Assembly (NCBI GenBank): GCA_965153355.1
Contig: OZ231126.1
Location: forward strand, 8,866,001 to 8,930,000
Length of the DNA stretch: 64,000 nucleotides
Reading direction: 5' to 3'
Origin: Flaccisagitta enflata
Lineage: Eukaryota
The number at the start of each line of letters is the position of its first letter. Position 1 is the first letter of the stretch. Position numbers and translations under genes: made by a program. Positions 57,960 to 64,000 of this stretch are shown in pieces. The notes under the pieces are model-generated. The model was not told the DNA's origin, did no database searches, and was given only the letters and a program-made list of their open reading frames with translations.

Positions 57960-58670
57960 TCGTCTTCGCCACACTATTCGCCATTGTCATCGCTGTCTTC
58001 GCCACACTATTCGCAATTGGAATTGTTGTCTAAGCACTGTCTATGCCATTGTTATTGTTGTCTTCACCACTGTCTTCGCCATTGTTGTTGTTGTCTCCAC
58101 CACTGTCTTCGCCATTGTTGTTGTTGTTTTCGCCATAATCTTCGCCATTGTCGTCGTTGTCTTCACCACTGTCTACGTCATTGTCATTGGTGTCTTTGCA
58201 ACACTCTTTGCCATTGTCGTCATTGTCTTTGCCACTGTCTACGCCATTGTCGTCGTTGTCTTCACCACTATCTACACCATTGTCGCTGTTGTCTTTGCCA
58301 AGCTCTTTGCCATTGTTGCCGTTGTCTTCGCCCTATTCTACGTCATTATTGTCGTTGTCTTTACCAGACTTTCCGCCATTGTCGCTGTTGTCTTTGCCAC
58401 TGTCATCGCCATTGTTGTTATTGTTGTCTTCACCATTGTCTACGCCGTTGTCTTTGCCACTATCTAAAAGTTCATTATCAAAAACGCTATTTTTCTAAGA
58501 CGATCAAAAGGAAATAGCTACGTTTTTATCAATGACCTGTTACGTGGTTGTATTCGCCACTATCTACGCCGTTGTCTTCACCACTGTCTACGCCATTGTC
58601 GTCTCCGTCATTGTCGTCGCTGTTTTCGCCATTGTCTACACTACCGCTGTTTTCACCGTTTTCAACACCC
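57960..58670. repeat. Degenerate ~33-bp minisatellite (CGCCATTGTCGTCGTTGTCTTCACCACTGTCT..)
   Basis: Direct reading. Confidence 0.8.
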
Positions 58671-59656
58671 ATTGCCGTTGCCGACGTCTCAGCCGCGGTC
58701 TTGTCGTTGTCGTTCAGCCATCATGATCATGTTTTTCACAATTACTCCATCCCTGTCTCCACCCATTGGACCACCCAATCATCACCATTTTCATCCCCAC
58801 GAAACATTGGCATTCTTTCATCCCTGGTCTCATCTTTTTATCCACTCTCCTTTTTCTCCACCTAATCATCACAATTTTCATCACCAAGAAACATTGGCAT
58901 TATTTCACCCCCCCCCATGGCTATGTTTTCTTTTTACATTCGGTTTTTCTATTTCCATTTTTCTTCTCATGAGAAGAATTCATTCAAAATGGTGAGGTTT
59001 GTATCAGCTAAAAAGTTAGAAACATTTCACTCTTCCATCTCTAGACCAGAGGTATTTTTAGTCGCGTGCTACGCGACTCTACACCCCGCTTTGTCGGTCC
59101 GTCGGTCCATTGGTCCGTCCGTCACACTTTACTTTTTTGGCGTTTATGGGTTTTTTGGCTATACCGCTCCTGCCCAAATGCTCCACTGACCTCGAATATG
59201 GCCTCTGCCCACCCGCACGCGACTGGGGTAGCGGTGTATCCGGCCTTGTTCAGTCTCTTTACAGTTTACATCTGATTTGAGGAAAGCTATCTCACAAAAA
59301 AATTGAATTTATTTTGATTTACAGTTTCAACTCAAATTGACTGTAACCAAATTAACGACAATACGATGGAGCAGCCATCTTAAAACGGCAATATGCAAAT
59401 GATATAGATGCTGATTTCAATTGATAATCTTCTTCCGTCATTAGGCTCATCCCTTTTTTCTTCTTTTTCTTTTTGTCTATCTCTTTCTCCCCTTTTCTAC
59501 ATCTGTCTTTTCTCATACTCAATTCAATCATCCAATTTCCGATAAATGTCTGACAAAGACGGACAGAAAGCAAAAACAATTGGATCATTTCTTTGAAGAT
59601 GGCTGCCAATAAAATTGTCTGGGAGATAGCAAGTAACAAAAGAGAAAAACATTAAT

Positions 59657-59927
59657 GGGCGCGTTTCTAGTCAAGGACAATTGTGTTTTTAACAGGCCAC
59701 TCGGTTGTTCGCTGCGTTTGTCCACTTGCACCACTCACTCCGCTCACTTGCCGCAGCGTGCATCTTTGCTACACTCCCTTGGCTCGCTCACTGGCTCCAT
59801 TCACGAGCTCGCACACTCACTTCACTCACTCCCTCGTGGGACAGCTTAAATTCTTGGATATATGTTAACGGTGTAAACATGTTCAATCGAAACAAACAAG
59901 TTTTTCAACTTCACTAGAAACGCACCC
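59657..59927. mobile_element. PIF/Harbinger-like MITE (relatives 43174-43396, 55590-55700)
   Basis: aat|GGGCGCGTTTCTAGT ... ACTAGAAACGCACCC|aat, 3-bp TSD. Confidence 0.72.
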
Positions 59928-60159
59928 AATGATGCGAACACCCACCCACCCACGCGTGCACGCACACTCACTGCCACTAATCATGACAAACACACAAATC
60001 TAAGTCGCAATTTTTGTCATGGTGATTATTGATTAACCTAATTCGATAATATTCCAGGCTAGAGTTAACCAAAAAAAACAATTTGGCATCAAATCTAGTT
60101 TCTATTATTACTCAGCACATTCACTTTCTGAATCAGAGGGGGAACAGTGGTGGGGTCGC

Positions 60160-60826
60160 AGACATGAACAACAGACAGGAAAAAGAGCACTCAGGGCAAT
60201 GGCCTTACAGACAAGAACTACAGACAAGAGGATGATGGTGAAAGTAGAGCACCCAGGGCAATGGCCTTACAGACATGAACAACAGACAGGAAGATGATGG
60301 TGAAAGAAGAGCACCCAGGGCAATGGCCTTAAAGACATAAACAACAGACAGGATGATGATGGTGTAAGAAGAGCACCCAGGGTGATGACCTTACAGACAT
60401 GAACAACAGACAGGAAGATGATGGTGTAAGAAGAGCACCCAGGGTGATGGCCTTACAGACATGAACAACAGACAGGAAGATGATGGTGAAAGAAGAGCAC
60501 CCAGGGCAATGGCCTTACAGACATGAACAACAGACAGGAAGATGATGGTGAAAGAAGAGCACCCAGGGCAATGGCCTTACAGTCATGAACAACAGACAGG
60601 AAGATGATGGTGTAAGAAGAGCACCCAGGGCAATGGCCTTAAAGACATGAACAACAGACAGGAAGATGATGGTAAAAGAAGAGCACCCAGGGCAATGGTC
60701 TTAAAGACATGAACAACAGACAGGAAGATGATTGTGAAAGAAGAGCACCCAGGGCAATGGCCTTAAAGACATGAACAACAGACAGGAAGATGATGGTGAA
60801 AGAAGAGCACCCAGGGCAATGGCCTT
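60160..60826. repeat. 62-bp minisatellite, ~11 copies
   Basis: ACAGACATGAACAACAGACAGGAAGATGATGGTGAAAGAAGAGCACCCAGGGCAATGGCCTT head-to-tail, no spacers. Confidence 0.92.
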
Positions 60827-61141
60827 GACTCACGTCGTCTGCTCATACTCATCCTCCTCTTCCCCATTCTCTTCCTCATCCTCATTTATCATCTTTACCT
60901 CCATCGCTTTTTCCCATCAGCATCCATTTATGGGCGCCTCCAAGCGACCATTGTTGTTGTTCCCATGGTCCATTGGTCTGTAGATCACTCAATTCATAAA
61001 GGGTGTTTTCTTGTGTTTTTTTTCTGTTTTTTTTTATGTGCGGTTGTGCCTGTAGGTTGGTCAGTCTGTTGGTCTGTCTGTTTCCTGCCATTTTTACTTC
61101 ATCCCTCTTCTCTTTTTTTTCCTTCTCCCTTTTCTTGTTTC

Positions 61142-61195
<54 letters not shown>

Positions 61196-61240
61196 CTATT
61201 TCTTTCTTTCTATCTCTCTTTCTTTCTTTCTTTCTTTCTT

Positions 61241-61280
<40 letters not shown>

Positions 61281-62802
61281 GCTTTCTTTCTTTCTTTCTT
61301 TCTTTCTTTTTTTCTTTCTTTACTTCTTTCTTTCTCTCTCTCCTTCCTTTTTGGGCAGCGGACCGGAGGGCCGATGACCTATGCTTTCACACATATAGGA
61401 GATTTTCCTCCTCCTCCTCTCTCTCTCCTTCTTCTCCTCCTCCCTCAAGGCCCAAATCCTAGTCTCGCGACCCAAATCCTAGCTTCGAGGCTCAAATCCC
61501 CGCTTCGAAGCTCAAATCCCAGCCTTGAGGCTCAAATCTCAGTCTCCAGGCTAAAATCCTAGCCTCGAGGCTCAAATCCCAGCCCTTAGGCTCAAATCTC
61601 AGTCTCAAGGCAAAAATCCCAGCCTTCAAGCTCAAATCCTAGCCTCGAAGCTCAAATCCCAGCTTCCAAGCTCAAATCCCTGCCCCGAAGCTCCAATCCC
61701 ATCCTCAAAGCTCAAATGCCAGCCTCAAAGCTCAAATCCCAGCCTCAAAGCTCAAATCCCAGCCTCAAAGCTCAAATCCCAGCCTCAAAGCTCAAATCTC
61801 AGCCTTGAAGCTGAAATCCCAGCCTTGAAGCTCAAATCCCAGCCTCAAGGCCCTAATCCAAGCCTCAAGGCCCCAATTCCAGCCTCCAGGCCCTAATTCC
61901 ATCCTTGAGGCTCAAATAAAAACAGCATAGGTCATTGGCCCCTTCGGGGCCACTGCCCCTCTAACCACCTCACACCCACATACACTCACATAGGGGCAAC
62001 GGGTACCGCTGACCATCTAACGCTTTTGCGACTATTTTTCTTTCTTCTACTTTTTCTTTCTTTCTTTTTTCCTTCCTTTGTTTCTTTTTCACTTTTTTTC
62101 CTTGTTTTTTTTTCTTTTTTTGCGTAATTGCCCCCTTTATCTTTCTCTCTCTCTCATCTTTCTCTAATGAGTTCCTTACAGTAGTCTTTTGACTAAGCAA
62201 TGGTCCATCTTTTAGTCACCCCCTTTCTAATTCTATCTTCCTCCCCACCTTCTCCTTCCTTCTTTCATTTCACACTCAACTCACTCATTTGCTCCCCTTC
62301 CCTTTAATCCCTTTACTAACAAACTAAAAAACAGATCTTTATTCTTCTACTTTCACCTGATGATTTTTTTTTCTTCTCTCTCATTCAATTTCATTTCCTT
62401 TCTCTTCTTTTGTGTCTTTTTCTCCTCAATTTTCCTGAATTTCTTTTCGTCATGGCAAACAAAAGGGTTAGTCTTTTCTTCCTGTACGTGATTACTGAGC
62501 TTTTCTATCAACAAGGCCTGTTTTAAGTCGCGTGCACGCAACTCTACACCCCGCTTTGTCCGTCCGTCGGTTGGTCTGTCTGTCTGTCTGTCGGTCCGTC
62601 ACACTTTTACTTTTTTTATCAATTCTATTTCCTTAAGTCATTTGAAGTCATTCTAAGTCATGCTAAGTAATTCTGTAAGTCTCAAACGCGACTTATAGGT
62701 GTTGGCTTTGTTTTATTTTGGAACAAGCTTCTGTCAGTTGAAGTCATTTTTTATTTTTTTATTTCTTTTTTTTTTCATTTTAACATTTCTTTGCTTCTTA
62801 TA

Positions 62803-63070
62803 CAGTCTATGGACATTTCGGTATTTGTAGATATGTCAGCAGTTTGGTACATTTCAACCCGTTGAAATCTTTCATTCCAGCATATTTCAACGGGTTGAAA
62901 TCTTTCATTCTACTGATATTAATCTTGTAGAATGAGAGATTTCAATGTGTTGAAATGTACCAAAATGAGAGATTTCAACCCGTTGAAATATACCAGAATA
63001 AAAGATTTCAACGGGTTGAAATATACTAAACTGCTGACAAATCTACAAATACCGAAATGTCCATAGACTG
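62803..63070. mobile_element. TA-flanked foldback MITE
   Basis: ta|CAGTCTATGGACATTTCGGTATTTGTAGAT ... ATCTACAAATACCGAAATGTCCATAGACTG|ta. Confidence 0.88.
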
Positions 63071-63110
63071 TATACCTTATTAGCATCTAACCCCAGTTAA
63101 TAAAAAAAAA

Positions 63111-63261
63111 CATCACAGCAACGCTTAAAATAAAACTATGAAAAGCATGATTCTAGTTGGCCCAGTAAGATGAAATTATAACTGTAGAGGCTAAGATTTC
63201 ATCTTACTGGGCCCACTAGAAGTATGCTTTTTATAGTTTTATAAAAAGTGTTGCTGTGACG
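63111..63261. mobile_element. 150-bp hairpin element
   Basis: TCACAGCAAC..GGCCCAGTAAGATGAAAT / ATTTCATCTTACTGGGCC..GTTGCTGTGA. Confidence 0.7.
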
Positions 63262-63619
63262 ATATTACTTTAACACACCGACATTTTTATCAGTGAAAAG
63301 CAAAAAGTCCCTAATAATTATCAAAGTCAGTCTCTTTTCATCATTTCGTTTTCTAGAAGTTTTTTCTCTCTCTCTCTCTCTCTTTTGTTCCTCGATCCTC
63401 GTGTTTGTTGTTGTTTTCCCAACTTCAATGCCAAACTGAAATGACGGCGACGGTTAACAAACCAGCACCAACAAAAGATCACAAACCAAAATTTCCAAAT
63501 TGCCCTATTTATGGCGCAACTTCATCTCTTTTAGGTTGTTTTCTTGGCTCTATGACCCTCTCCTTTCCTTGACAGTTTGTTTGTCTGTGTGTCTGTTTGT
63601 CGGTCTGAATCTTTCACAG

Positions 63620-63853
<234 letters not shown>

Positions 63854-64000
63854 CACACTTTACAAAAAGGGAGCTACAAAAGTGTGACCAACTAACAAAC
63901 AAATAGATGGTAGAAAGTTTCAAACATTGCAAATCTTCTGAGAAACAAGGCCGCACACATTTCCAATATATAAGTAGTGTCAGGGTGGGCAGTAGGCGGA

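Noticed and set aside
57894-58517. Cys/His-rich metallothionein-like ORF
   Set aside because: Arises from degenerate minisatellite, open in several frames
60160-60826. Possible CRISPR-like array
   Set aside because: Head-to-tail 62-bp units, no unique spacers, no cas genes, eukaryotic context

Overview
AT-rich, microsatellite- and transposon-dense animal (invertebrate-like) genomic DNA; no prokaryotic features, RNA genes or CRISPR arrays seen. Two spliced genes can be rebuilt by hand with GT-AG sites and consistent intron phases. (1) On +, a muscarinic acetylcholine receptor-like GPCR resembling invertebrate B-type receptors: five exons 12811-56262 covering N-terminus to start of ICL3; TM6-7 not found in the window. 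(2) On -, a complete four-exon SLC22/organic-cation-transporter-like gene (27631-17171, about 735 aa) nested antisense in the GPCR's 34-kb intron. Upstream is a nearly intact APE-RT LINE (CR1/L2 group) disrupted by one MITE and one stop codon. The rest is non-autonomous DNA transposons (TA, 3-, 8-, 9-bp TSDs), Helentron/HINE-like repeats, a decayed TIR element with coding remnant, and mini/microsatellites. Most unusual pattern: exon edges of both genes (three splice donors, one exon start, the stop-codon region) are echoed as tandem copies in the adjacent intron/UTR, creating decoy splice donors. Family assignments come from motif recognition, not database searches.
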